DNA from: the human T2T-CHM13v2.0 reference genome, Homo sapiens
Assembly (NCBI RefSeq): GCF_009914755.1
Contig: NC_060935.1
Reading direction: 5' to 3' (one strand)
Length of the DNA: 64,000 bases
The notes beneath the pieces are model-generated. The model worked only from the letters and a program-made list of their open reading frames with translations. It was not told the DNA's origin and did no database searches. The translations under genes and the position numbers were made by a program. Every line of letters starts with the position of its first letter. Within the stretch, counting starts at the first letter, position 1. Shown one piece after another: positions 49,640 through 64,000 of this stretch.

Positions 49640-51419
49640 TATGAACTCTTTTTGACAACCATGATAGCTATTCAAGATATGTTTGCTTGGTATTCTTTGT
49701 ATTTATGATAATCTGATTAAAGGATGTTCCAAATATAGGAACATTAGGTATAGATTTCCTTACAGCTTTATAAGTGATGTCTTTTATGCTGCTTTTGCTC
49801 TGTGTGTGTGTGTATGCACACACACGTGTGCATCTGTGTATGTGTTTTTAGTCCTGTCAATATATCATCTGCAGAGATTCTTTTCTCCAGAATTATTGTC
49901 ATATGTCCTTTATGGTTGTATAAAAAGAGAAAAACTTATTGCTGTGAAAAGGATGTATTATATTATAGTTGTGTGCACTAAGAATTCTGATTTTTGTTTG
50001 CTTTTAACAAGTTTGGGAGAAATTCACTAAACTTTAATTTATACTATTACCTTTCAAGGAATATCATAACACATATAGCTGTTTGATTTAACAGTTCTTT
50101 ACTTGATATGTACAGTTCTTGTTTGCTGTTGGGTTTTGGCTTGATTTTTCATTTTAGGAAAAGGCTAAGTGGGAAAAAAATTGAAAAGATAGAGCATTAC
50201 ACATTACTCATTTAATGAGTACCCCATAAATTGGCAGGTAGACTGAAAACCAAGGGTTATTTATCATCAGAAAGTTTACTAGTCACTTGATTGAAAGAAA
50301 TGTTAATTTTATAAATTAAAAAGAGTAATAGCACAAATATCAGCCAATAATATAATATTTAAAAATGTGAACTAATATTAAAGAGTATAATTAGAGAAAA
50401 ACACAGAGTGTTTTTTTGGATTTCTAGACTAAAGAGTGTAAGCACATCTGTGTTTGGATCTCATTAGTTCCTCCTCACCTATATTGTACGAAATGTCAGA
50501 ATTTTAAGAGAAAAAAACAGTAGAAGCCAGTTACGTATCTCTGATTCAGTACGTTTTAGTAAATATGAAGATAAAATATACATTCTGCTTCTCAGGAAGC
50601 ACTGGCCACTTTGTGACTGCCGTATTCCAAATAATTAACATCTAGCTATTCATAAACTAGGAAATGGCAATTGTCATCGAGTGTATATTTTCATCATTTT
50701 GTGGAAATGCTCACCTTCAGTTAGTGAAGGATTTACTGCAGCTGCGGAGTGTTAGCTTTGCATACTATCTAATCCTGACTGTGCGACTGTGTCAAGACGG
50801 GAGTATGGGTCCACTTGCTATTCATGGTTGATATATGACCGTTTGGTCTCTGCTGGGAGTTATTATGATTAACCTTAACAAACAGTTTTCTCCAGTAAAA
50901 ATAGATGTTGGAAAGATTTCTTCAACAAATATTTATCCAGCACCTTAATTATGTATCAGATAATGTTCTGTATCTTGGTGGCATAATACTCATACTAGAA
51001 GAAGAAAGAGGGATAGAGAGATAAATACATATAACAATAAAACATAGTGTGATAAACTCTGAGAAAGTGGAGGCACAAGTTGTGCTGGGAATATACAGTA
51101 GGTCCAGCCTATTCCAAATTGGGCAGGAGGAGAGAACAAAAAAGTAATGGAGGGATCAAGGAAGCCTTTCCATAGGTATGACTCTAGAGGTAATGCATAC
51201 CTATTCCTGAAAATGTGCATACTCTATGCCATGCAGATAGCTATGCAATGTAAGTATTTCCAAGGTAACATCTAGGATTTTTTCCTTTGTCCTTCTTTTT
51301 TTTCCCTTTTCTTTCTCCCTTCCTCTTCCCCTCCCCCTCCTATTTTCTCTCTTTTCTTCATTATGAATTCATATGCACTGAAGTTTACTAAATCAGTTCT
51401 TAGCTCATGATATGCAGTC

Positions 51420-52230
51420 ATTATTGGTCTTTTCCTGGCTGTCATTCACTTATTCATTTATTCATTTGTGATATTACAATTAATACATATGAAACACCAA
51501 CAATTAGTTACATTTACCCTTTTGCTTCTCTCCTATTTCATCCCCCTACCTTTCCTAAAAATAATCATTATTCTGAATTGTGCATGTCCTTCCTTTTTAA
51601 TTGGTTTGCTTTATTTCATATATATCATACTTAAATAATACATTGCTTAGTTTTTTTAACTCAATAAAAATTATGTTCTGTTATATGTAATCTGCTGAGA
51701 TTTTATTTCACTCAACATTATATTAATATGATTCATTAGGTTTTTATTTGTAACTAAAATCATTCAGTTTCACTTCAGTTAGTACTTCATTTTGTGAATA
51801 AGCACAAATGTCCATTCTCTCATGTCAATGAGCAACTGAGCTGCTTCCATTTATGTTGTTCTGTGAGTGGTGCTACTGTGAACATTCTCATACTTGCTGT
51901 CTAAGACACATGTTAAAGTTTCTGAGGGTGTATCCCTGAGAATGGAAATATTGGGCCACAGACTTTGCAAAAGTAAAACATAAATGATAAAGCCAAATTG
52001 TCTTCAAAAGCTATTGTACCAATTTGGACTCCCACCAGCAGTGTATAAGAGCTTAGGTTGATCAACATCCTCTCCAACACTTGGTCTTGGGAGACTAATT
52101 TCTGTCGATTGAATGCTACATGATGTAAATGCTAGTTAATGGTGTCTGGTTTTGATTCACATTGCACGGGTTACTAATGAGACTGTGCATCTCTTAGTAT
52201 GTTTATTGGTCATGTATATTTTCTCTAACC
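51420..52230 (-). mobile_element. Old L1M(E) fragment
   Basis: tgctactgtgaacattc...actcccaccagcagtgtataagag...ttactaatgag. Confidence 0.6.
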
Positions 52231-52697
52231 TTTCAATGATAAGATTTGATCATAAAGATATATGTTACCATTAAGGAAAAAAAAATATTTTTGTATTTAT
52301 ATATGAGAAATATGTATATGTAGAAATGTATATATATGTATATTTATAGGATAAATATAACTATTTCAAATATTAATCCAGGCTTAATTTTATGTATTTA
52401 AAATAAATATATACACGAATATATATTATTTATATATTTATACCTATTTATTCTTAATGGCTACATATATATTTATGATTAAATTATTATAATCCATCTA
52501 TATACATATACACACACACACATACATACACTACATATATATTACTAATACATAAAATGGTGGGTAAATTTCTAATAAAGGATGGATATACAGTCAAAAT
52601 GGCTAACAAAATAAATCAATAGGAAATACTTCCATTTTGAAATTATTTTCATGACTTTTATCTTTTCACAGCTTGATGTTTACTTTTCTTTTGACAG

Positions 52698-52779
52698 AAC
52701 GATTTCGAGATTTACTACTGCCTCCATCTAGTCAAGACTCCGAAATTCTGCCCTTCATTCAATCTAGAAATTATCCCAA
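52698..52779 (+). pseudogene. NOX4P1: NOX4-like exon 13
   Basis: Acceptor ttgacAG, donor GTaagc. Translates to (E)RFRDLLLPPSSQDSEILPFIQSRNYP(K), and the phase matches exon 12. Confidence 0.95.
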
Positions 52780-54609
52780 GTAAGCAAAAGGAGTTCACTG
52801 GGTTTTGATGAGGCAGTGGGCATAGTGCAGGGAGAGATTTGGGCGGGCAAAAACAAAATGTAATCTTTCTTAAGATTTCTGAAAATCCTGAATAACTTAC
52901 CCTAACTAACTAAGACATCTTCTGCAATATAATGTCTCAGGCTCCTTGCAGCTGGGTCATAGAAGAAATACTTACTTGTAATTGCAACCCAGCTTTGACT
53001 GAGGAGCTGCTGCACAGTGCAGACAACATGCTGTGTGCATCTGTGTCTGGTTCTTTTTGCTTGATGCCGTATCAACAGGGACAGTATTTTGTCGGTGATA
53101 CCTCATCTGGTTTTCTATTTACTGTCCTTTAAATGCAAAGATTCATTTATATTGTAGCAAGTCATTTTCAAAATAGCCATGGGCTTGATAAGATTTTTGA
53201 CAATCTCTATACATTCTTATTTATCATATTGAAAACTGGGGATGTGAAATCTTCTGACGCTTTGTTATATGAAGCAGACCTTTCCTTCTCATAGATGCCC
53301 CAAGCGTATGTCCTTGTTGAAGGAATATGCCTTCATCTTCCTGAAGGTTAAGGAAATACCAGGACTCTTATAACACATCTTCTTCCCTAAAGACTGATGC
53401 ATGCTGAATCTTGATCATTCCTGTGGCATCCTGGGGCCTCCTCTATGAGTGTTTAACTCTCTTTAATAGTTAGTGTGGAACAGGCTAAAGAATAAATAAA
53501 CTAATATCTGAAATAGAAAAGAAAGGCCATCAACTTAAAGGAATAGAATTTGGTTTATACATATTTCATCTAATCACTATGCCAAATTCTTTGATCGCTT
53601 TGAGAGTTTTTTCAAGTATTCATAAACTTTGCTGTCTGGGGAAATTATTTTCCCTCTAATACTTACCTTTGATAATACTCACTTAATTATGATCACAAAA
53701 ATAAATGCAGAATCCTAATTATATTGCTTGTGCATTGTTTCAAATTTTAATCCAGGCTTCATTTTTAGCAATAAACTTGCAATCCCCTGATAACACACAC
53801 AGAGACATACATGTGCCTATACAGCCTTGAATGCATACTTTGCTCTATATGTACATGTTGACCAGGAGCATGAATGTGCCCAAAAGGATTGGTGCACACC
53901 TATTTGTATTTTTACTTACAGTGGCTGTTGGCAGAGGCTGATGATGCCTGCTTTTCTGCCTCTTAGGCTTACAGTTTGCCTAATGCCTTTGCTTGAAGAG
54001 GGTAGTCATAGTAGTTTCTCAGGTGGTTATCTATCTGCAGCTACAGGAATACCTCAGAGATATTGAGGGTTTGATTCTAGGCCACTGCAATAAAGTCAAT
54101 ACTGCAATAAAGCTGTCACACTTTTTTTTTTTAGTTTCTCAGTGCATATAAAAGTAATTTTAACAGTATTCTGTAGTCTTTTAAGTGTGCAGTAGCCTCG
54201 ATATGTCTAGAAATACTATTTACATCCCTTAATTAAAATATACTTTATTGTTAAAAATGCTAAAAATCATCTAAGCCTTCAGCAAGTCATAAACTTTTTG
54301 CTGGTAGAGGATCTTTCCTCTATGTTGATGGTTGCTGACTGATTAGGAAGGTGGTTGTTAAAGTTAGGGGCACCTGCAGCAGTTTCTTAGTATAAAACCA
54401 TGAAGTTTGCTGCATCAGTTGGCTCTTCCTTTTACAAAAGATTTCTCTGTAGCATGTGATGCTGTTTGATAGCATTTTACCCACAGCCTAACTTCTCTAA
54501 AAATTGTAGTAAATCCTCTCAAACCCTGATGTTGCTTTATCAAGTAAATTGTCATTTCAGCATTTTCATAGCTTCTTTACCAGGAGTAGATTTTATCTCA
54601 AAAAAACTA

Positions 54610-54925
<316 letters not shown>

Positions 54926-55436
54926 CTACTTTATTTGCTCATCCATAGTAAGCAACTTTTCATTTATTAACATTATATCATGAGATTGCAGCAATTCGGT
55001 CATATATTCAGGCTCCACTTATAATTCTAGTTCTCTATTTATACTATGTTTGTTGTTACTTCCTCCACTGAAGTCATGGACCCCTCAAAGTTATCCACGA
55101 GGGCTCAAATCACTTCTTCCAAACTCCTATTAATGTTGATATTATGACTTCCTCCCATGAATCATGAATGTTCTTAATACCATCTAGAAGGTGAATAATT
55201 TTCAGGATGTTTTTAAATTTACATTGCCCAGATCTACCAGAGGCATCACTGTCTATGGTAGCTATAGCCTTATGAAAAGTATTTCTTAAATAATAACAAT
55301 TGAAAGTCAGAATTTCTCTTTGATCCATGGATTGCAAAACGGATGTAATGTTAGCAGGCCTGCAAACAACATTCATCTCCTTGTACATCTACATCATAGC
55401 TCTTGGTTGACTAGGTGCATTGTCAATGAGCAGTAA

Positions 55437-55913
55437 TTTTAAAAATTTATTTGTATAAATGTATGTGGTACATATGTAATTTTGATACATGGATAGATTG
55501 TGTAGTAGCCAAGTCAGGGCTTTTAGGGTATCCATCACCAGAATAACATACATTGTATGCAATAAGTAATTTCTCATTATTCACCCACTTCCTAGCCCCC
55601 CTGCAACATTTCAAGTCTCCACTGTCTATCATTCCATACTCTACGTCCATGTGTACACATCATCTAGCTCCCACTTTTAAGTGAGAACATGAAGTATTTG
55701 ACTTTCTGTGTCTGAGTTATTTCATTCAGGGTAATGGTCTACAGTTTTATCCATATTGCTGCAAAAGTCATTATTTTGTTCTTTTTTGTTCCTGAATAGT
55801 ATTTGATTATGTATATATACAGTATTTTCTTTATCCAATCATCCATTGATGGACAATTAGTTTGAATCCATTTCATTGTTATTGTTCCGGTGTGAGCTTT
55901 GCTTACTGCCTAT
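55437..55913 (-). mobile_element. L1MA 3' fragment inserted in Tigger1
   Basis: agtcagggcttttagggtatccatcacc motif. TSD tgagcagtaat/tgagtagtaat. Confidence 0.8.
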
Positions 55914-58371
55914 GTGAGTAGTAATACTTTAGATAGAATCTTCTTTTTTTTTTTCTGGTGGGCTTAAAATATTCAGTAAACCACGCTATCTATAAACAGA
56001 TGTGTTTTCATCTGGACTTTGTTCTTTTATTTATAGAGTACAGACAGAGTAGATTTAGCATAATTCTTATGGGCCTTAAGTTTTTCAGAATGGTAAATGA
56101 GCATTGGCTTCAACTTAAAGTGACCAGCTACATTAGTCCATAGACAAGAGTCAGTCTATCCTTTGAAGCTTTGAAACCAGGCATTGACTGCTCCTTTCCA
56201 GCTGTGAATGCCGTAGATGGCATCTACCACTTGATGGCTGTCTTGTCTACATTGAAAATCTGTTGTTTAGTATAGTCACCTTCATCTATTATGTCAGCTA
56301 GATCTTCTGGATAATATACTGCAACTTCTCCATCAGCACTTGCTGCTTTGCTTTGAACTTTTATATTATAGAGATGGCTTCTTTTCTTAAGCCTCATGAA
56401 CCAACCTCTTCTAGCTTCAGACTTTTCTTCTGCAGCTTCCACATCTCTGTCAGCCTTCATGGAATAGAACAGAGTTAGGGCCTTGTTCTGGATTAGTCTT
56501 TGGCTTAAGAGAATGTTGTGTTGTGGCTGGTTTAATCATCCAGACCACTAAAACTTTCTCCATATCAGCAATAAGGCTGTTTTGCTTTCTTATTATTCAT
56601 ATGTTCACTGAAGTAGCACTTTTAATTTTCTTCAAAAACTTTTTCCCTTCCATTAGCAATTTGGCTCACTGTTTGGCACAAGAAGCCTAACTTTATGCCT
56701 ATCTCAGCTTTCAACATGCCTTCCTCACTAAGTTTAATCATGTCCAATTTTTGATTGAAGTAAGAGACATGCAACTCTCCTTTCACTTGAAACTTAGAGG
56801 CCATTTTAGAGTTGTTAATTGGCCTAAATTCAATATTGTTTTGTCTCAGGGAAGAGGATGGTCCCAGGTAAGGGAATGAGAAGGAGAAATGATTGGTAGT
56901 TGCAGTCAGAACACACACATTTAATTCATCATTGCAGATAACTGAAAGTCAAAGAATTTGTAGCTTTGTAACATAAAAAAAATTCTGTAAAGTTGAAAAA
57001 TGAGTCAAACGAGTCAAACAATTAGAATGTATTTCATTCACAACCACTGTTATATGTATCTACATTGAGATTTTTTCCTCATTTTTCTGTTTGAAATATG
57101 TTTTAAGACCTAAAATATGGGTTACAAAGCAACTTCCTTGCCCTATAAAATTATACCATATCACAGACTATTTACAGATCATTGCATAACCAACATAGAT
57201 CATAATATTACTAACATGAACTCATTGTGCACTGGTTAGTGTGAGCTGTAGTAGTTTGGATTTGGACTGGGGTTTCTATTTAGTCAACATAGTGTCCCTA
57301 TAATCTTTAACTTTCTGTTACCAAGAGACGTCTAACAAATATTGAAATATGGAAATGTATGTCCTTTATTTAGGTGAAAAATATTCATGAAGAGAACTGA
57401 CTAGTTCTGAAATGTATATGTGTATGTATGTGTATGTTTAAAGGAAAGGCATTTAAAAAATATCACCTGCAATGGTGCTTGGGAACACTCTTCTAAAATA
57501 CAAGAATGTTCATTAATCAATTTTTACATTTGTGAGCTCTTATTTGACTCATTGCCAAAGCCAGGGCATCCATTCTCCTCAGGATGTAATTGTAGACATT
57601 GTTCCATGAAAATTCTCAGAGCACGAATAGGTGTGATAATTGTCAGAAAGAGATAGATGAGTGGAAAGGAATAAAAAAAGAATGTGTATCTAATACAAAA
57701 TGCATATTGTTGACTTATAGGTTGGAGGAAACAAATGGAGATAAAGAAACAAGTTTTATTGCTAATAAACTCTGAAGGATTTAGGTTCATAACATATGTA
57801 GACTAGAGAGTAGTTATAATATATTTTTATCCTTGTAAATACAGCTTGGACATGTAAAATGTTTAAGTACATCTGATATAATTTTATCCATAAATTACTT
57901 GCAACCATTTTGGCAATTAAACCAGCAAAACATGACCCAGTGGCTCTGGAAGTTTTAACCACAACGTATGTAAAAATATTGTGAAAATACAAGAATAAAC
58001 TGTTTCTACTTGGTTCTCATAAAGATCAAGTTCTCTGAGCTTCCTAATACCAGAACTGTTTAGAGAGGGGAATATCATTTATGACAAATTTTAGAGCTGT
58101 TCTTTTTTGACTTGGTTTGCTGCCAAAGAACAACCTTCATTGTTTGGACAATAAAAGCAATGTTCTACCTCAATCTCATTTCTAATGGGCTACGTAAAAA
58201 TGACTTCAAATGGTGATTTGGGGTAATACCCTTAAACTGCAAAGCCTCAGATGACCTTTCCGCAGTCTGTTCTCCAGCTTATCCTCCTTTCTCTTTCCTA
58301 GCCAAGTTTTGAGTTCTTCTTCAAGACATCATCTATCTTTAATAATTTCTGTTCAATCTGCATGTCTGTAA

Positions 58372-58706
<335 letters not shown>

Positions 58707-58724
58707 CAAGTTATTTTTGTTTGT

Positions 58725-58930
58725 AATAGTAACACATAATGAACACTACGCATGCCAGGAATTGTGCTTTATATGCATTATTAATTTAATTCTTACTATT
58801 CCTCTATAAGTTAGGTAGTACTGTTTCCCTAATTTTACAGATAAGGGGACTGAGATTCAAAGAGGTAAATGCCCTACCCAAAGTCACATGGCAGAGCTGG
58901 GTCTCCAATCCAGATGTGTTTGGCCCCTCA
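58725..58930 (-). mobile_element. MIR
   Basis: attttacagataaggggactgagattcaaagaggtaa...gtcacatggcagagctggg. Confidence 0.75.
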
Positions 58931-58942
58931 AATTATACTTAA

Positions 58943-59727
<785 letters not shown>

Positions 59728-61574
59728 GGACTGCCACTTAAATGACCTTGGACTTTGTTGTAAAGACAATGAAGACCCATGAAAGGATTTTAAGCCAAGG
59801 AGAAAGATAATCAGACTTACAGTTTTATAGATTTCTCATGAAAGTAGAGAGGTACATGAGGTACTACATGGGGCCAGCACACAAGCTAGTTGGCAATTTC
59901 ATATTCAGGCAGGAAATGATAATGGATTCGTACTGTGGTAATAGTAATATGGAAGATCAGATAGATGTCTAAGGGTGTTAGGAGGCATAATTAACAGAAT
60001 GTGATGACTATTATGCAAGAAGGAGAGGAGGAGAGAGAGGGAGAAGGAAGGAGCTTTGGGTGGCTTCAAGCTTTTTCACTTGAGTCACATTCTGGTTTAA
60101 GTCCTCATGATTGAGGGAGAGTGGCTATCTGAGCAACTTTATGTTGACTTTTTGTTCTGTATTACAAATGATGATAATGGAGATATCTTCCTTCTAATGT
60201 TGCTTTGAGGAATGCCCAATGCATGACACAATTCTTTCTTGTAAGTCTTTGCGATATTTAAATAAAAGCATAGAAAGCACCTGGCCTCTTGCAAAAGTGA
60301 ATTTTCATCACCATTCTCATTGTCAGCTCTGTTATGCCATTTCTCAAAACCATTGCTTGCCTCAGGGCAGGGGGAAAGGCTCTGCCATGTGGGCTGCTTT
60401 TGTATCTTCAATCCATTCTAAATCCTGTCAGAAGGGATGCATTGTCCTATCTGGTAGAGGTGGCTCTGGGTGATATGCTCTGCTTGGATTAGTCAGGAAG
60501 GAGCCCTTTCCCTTGTGTGTCTGCCTATTTGTGGTAGTGGTTATTCTGGTACAGTTTCTACAAGCACAGTAATTCATAAGATTTTCCACAGTATACATAT
60601 TGTCTTTCATTAGAGAATTACTGTCTTTCATCTTCTAATCCTTAAATTTAGGCTTTCTTTTATATAGTATGTGAAATTCGAATACCTGGATGGCAAGAGA
60701 TCTAAAAGGTAGTATTCTGACTAGAGTGTGGAATGTAGTTATAAGAATGCCTAATGCTATTGATGTTTGCAAAACTAGGCAAGTAGGATGTCCAAAGAAC
60801 TCTGGTCTATCAGCGGGTAGTGGATCCCAACCCCTGGGCTGGGATTCACAAGGCAAAACCCTGTCATCAGGACTGTAAAACTGAGGCACTGCTTAAATTG
60901 TAAAGATTTTGGCTCAGAGATGTAAGTCAAGAAGCTGTGTTAGTGCAAGGCTAATGAGCAAGCAATAAACGAGCCTTAGTGCTGACTGAGAGCACAACTC
61001 ATTCCTGACTCAGATAAGAATTGGTTGAAGGACAGGGCCAAGCTGAGTCTATAGCTGGAGGTTAGGTGGCTAAAATTTCAGAACAAGTTGGGGATGTAGC
61101 CACTTTCTGGAGATAGATTAAGCACAGGTAATTCTCCATCTAGTGCCTTTGAGAGACATTTTCTTTCTTTGTTACCCCATCCTGCATTCAGCTGCCATAC
61201 ATCTTTTCAGACTCTTTAGTTTTTAGGTTTGAGGGATTTTTGTTGTTTATTTGGGGTTTTTTGTTTTTTTTTTTTTTTTTTTTTTTTTGGGCAGAGATTG
61301 TCAGTCGACAAAGTAGCCTGAAGTCCTTCCTTTGTTAAAAAATCTTATATTAAATGTATCCATTCATAATGGTTATTGGAGTATAATTTTGTTAGCATGA
61401 TTATTTTATGGGGACTCCTTGCCAAAGAACTTTTATCCTTGCAGACTTTAAATTAATTAATTTGTAAGGCCTTGACTGAATCATTCAGAATTCCAAGAGA
61501 TAAACATCAAATTGTTATTTTTCCAGTGTTCCTTTTAACATGAGATTGCATTAGATAATAATTACAAATTATTG

Positions 61575-62200
61575 TAAGTGGGCTTGAGTTCTTGATTTGG
61601 CTCTCAGCTTGAATATTACTGGTATATGGAAATGCTGCTGATTTTTGTGCACTGACTTTGTATACTGAAACTACTGAAGTCATTTATCAGTTCTCTTGGC
61701 AGAGTAGGTTTTTCTAGGTATAGAAGCAAATCATCAGCAAAGAGAGATAGTATGACTTCATTTCTTATTTGGATGCCTTTCCTTTCTTTCTCCTACTTGA
61801 TTGCTCTGGCTAGGACTTCCAGTGCTATGTTGAATAAGAGTGGTGAGAGTGGACGTCCTTGTCTTGTTCTGGTTCTCAAGGGAAACACATCCACCTTTTG
61901 CCAATTCAGGATCGTGTTGGTTGTGGGTTTGTCATAGATGGCTCTTATTATTTTGAGGTATATTCCTTATATGCCCAGTTTATTGAGGGTTTTTACCATA
62001 AAGGGATGTTGGATTTTATCAAAAACTTTTTCTGCATCTATTGAGATGAAAATAGGTTATTTGTTTTTATTTATGTTTACATGCAAAAACAGAAAACTAA
62101 ACATTGGGTACACATAGACATGAAGATGGAAACAATAGACACTGGGGAATACAAGATGTGGGAGGGAAAGGGGCAGGGATTGAAAAAAATTACCTACCTG
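61575..62200. mobile_element. L1 ORF2 fragment (-, 61575-62080) next to an L1 3' UTR fragment (+, ~62100-62200)
   Basis: ttgctctggctaggacttccagt...ttgaataagagtggtgagagtgg, then gggtacacatagacat...aacaatagacactgggga. Confidence 0.75.
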
Positions 62201-62204
62201 TATT

Positions 62205-62444
62205 GAATGCTGCTGTACACTGCAGAGTACAGTATTGGTTGTTTAAGCTCATGATCATGTGTCTGGCTGGAAGCTGTGGCAGCTGCCCAGCATCATGAGA
62301 GAATATTGTACCAAATACTACTAGTGCAGGAAAAGGTCAAAATTCAAAATTTTAAGTACAGTCTCTATTGAATATATATTGCTTTCACTCCATCATAAAG
62401 TTAAAAAAAATTAAATTGAACCATCCTAAGTTGGGGACCCTCTG
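62205..62444 (+). mobile_element. MER47-like (Tigger) right end
   Basis: ctgcccagcatcatgagag...gaaccatcctaagttggggaccctctg followed by TA. Confidence 0.7.
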
Positions 62445-62489
62445 TAAAATCACCACCTGCACTAGCTCACTCCTGATCCTCCTTACCTG

Positions 62490-62641
62490 CTCTATCAGCA
62501 ACATCAGTAGCTCCTGGGGGAATGGTGAAAACTACAAATGCTCAGATTTCTGAGTCAGCAAGTCTCGGGGTAGGGCCTAGCATTCTGTGTTTTAACAAGC
62601 CTGCAGGAAATTTTGATACACAGTAAAATTTGAAAGCCATC
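62490..62641. mobile_element. MER5-like hAT relic
   Basis: ctgagtcagcaagtctcggggtagggcctagcattctgtgttttaacaagc. Confidence 0.6.
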
Positions 62642-63185
62642 AAGGGAGAACCATCGTGAGCTTTCTAAACTCACTCCTTTTGTTTGTTGTTTCTATTGAT
62701 ATGATTAGCTCCTGAGACTAGAATGGTCTAAAACTGCAATAACATCCTCTCCTGAGGAATAGTTTATCACACTCACTTTTTTCCTACATGAAGAGAGAAT
62801 TGTTAGATGATAATTGTCCTGGAAACTTTTTTTGTTTTTACCTTTATATAATACCCCTCACCAAAATAATTGGTAATTGTAAAGATTATTATCTGATTAT
62901 TAACAAACTAAGCTTTGGAGTTAGACTCAGAATGAATTTAGTAAAAGTCATCCCCCCTTAATATAAGTGTGACCTTAAGAAAATTATTTAACCTTTTTTA
63001 GTTTTAGTTCCCAATGCAATAAAATAGGCATTATACTTTCCTATGAAAGTTGTTGTGTGGATTAACAGTGAAGGTATACATAGAACATTCAGTACCAACC
63101 TTGGATTAAATGTTCAGTGAAGAGTATCCATTGTTAATATAGCTTATTTTAGGTTTCTGAGGTAAGAGTCTCAGGCATGTCTTGA

Positions 63186-63474
<289 letters not shown>

Positions 63475-64000
63475 CTTGAAATTTTTTATTAATTAAAAGA
63501 ACTGTTTAAAGTGACACATGATCAGAGAAGATTTTAAAAGGCAAATATTTTTCAAAAATTTACACTTATATGAACATTAAATGTTGTAAATTACAAACCT
63601 TTACTTTTAATAATAGTATAATATTTATTATATTATTCTTAAATATCTAATATTTATCAGGTTCTTACTATGTTCAGGCACCATGTTAAAAGCTTTAACA
63701 AGTATATTCACACTCAGCCACATAAAACAGAAACGTAGCTTGAAACTCATTAAGCTTAATAAAAGGTTTAAATCAGTTTTTTAAAATGTAAATAAATTCT
63801 ACTTTCAAAGGAGAAACTTAAATGTCAAAAAATGTTTATATACTTTTGAGTGGGTCAGGGAAGAAGATATCTCTTATCCTTAGAATTATCTTAGATACAC
63901 AATCCTTCATAAAGGATCTTTTCATTAGTTATCAACTGAAATTTAAAAATATATGAAGTTCATTTCATCTCTACTATGTTATAGCAAGACTTTAAAGAGT

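Noticed and set aside
55110-56918. Domesticated transposase gene (TIGD/CENP-B-like)
   Set aside because: The frame is broken by stops, frameshifts and an L1 insertion, as expected for an ordinary Tigger1 fossil.

Overview
AT-rich, repeat-dense primate (human-like) intronic DNA with no intact protein-coding gene, no RNA gene I can support, and no CRISPR array. The only gene-derived sequence is five small + strand exons (7201-7417, 9357-9521, 9657-9719, 36148-36208, 52698-52779), all missed by the ORF track. They splice in frame into NADPH oxidase 4 residues ~211-406 (exons 9-13 by my recalled numbering). Exon 9 carries an in-frame TGA (R231*), and two functionally important residues are changed (H222N, G375E), so this is most likely the unprocessed duplicated pseudogene NOX4P1 rather than NOX4. 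The introns hold a 4-kb 5'-inverted (twin-primed) L1PA, a 6.3-kb antisense HERV-H/LTR7 provirus with a 5-bp TSD, an interrupted Tigger1, and many Alu, L2, MIR, MER and LTR relics. I found no evidence of a new biological system. The most unusual observations are structural: a 30-bp duplication of the HERV-H 5' LTR terminus that appears to predate integration, a ~108-bp quasi-palindrome, an inversion inside an L2, and a 55-bp templated insertion next to a tandem duplication. Reference protein and repeat-consensus comparisons are from memory, not database searches. Boundaries of old repeats are approximate.
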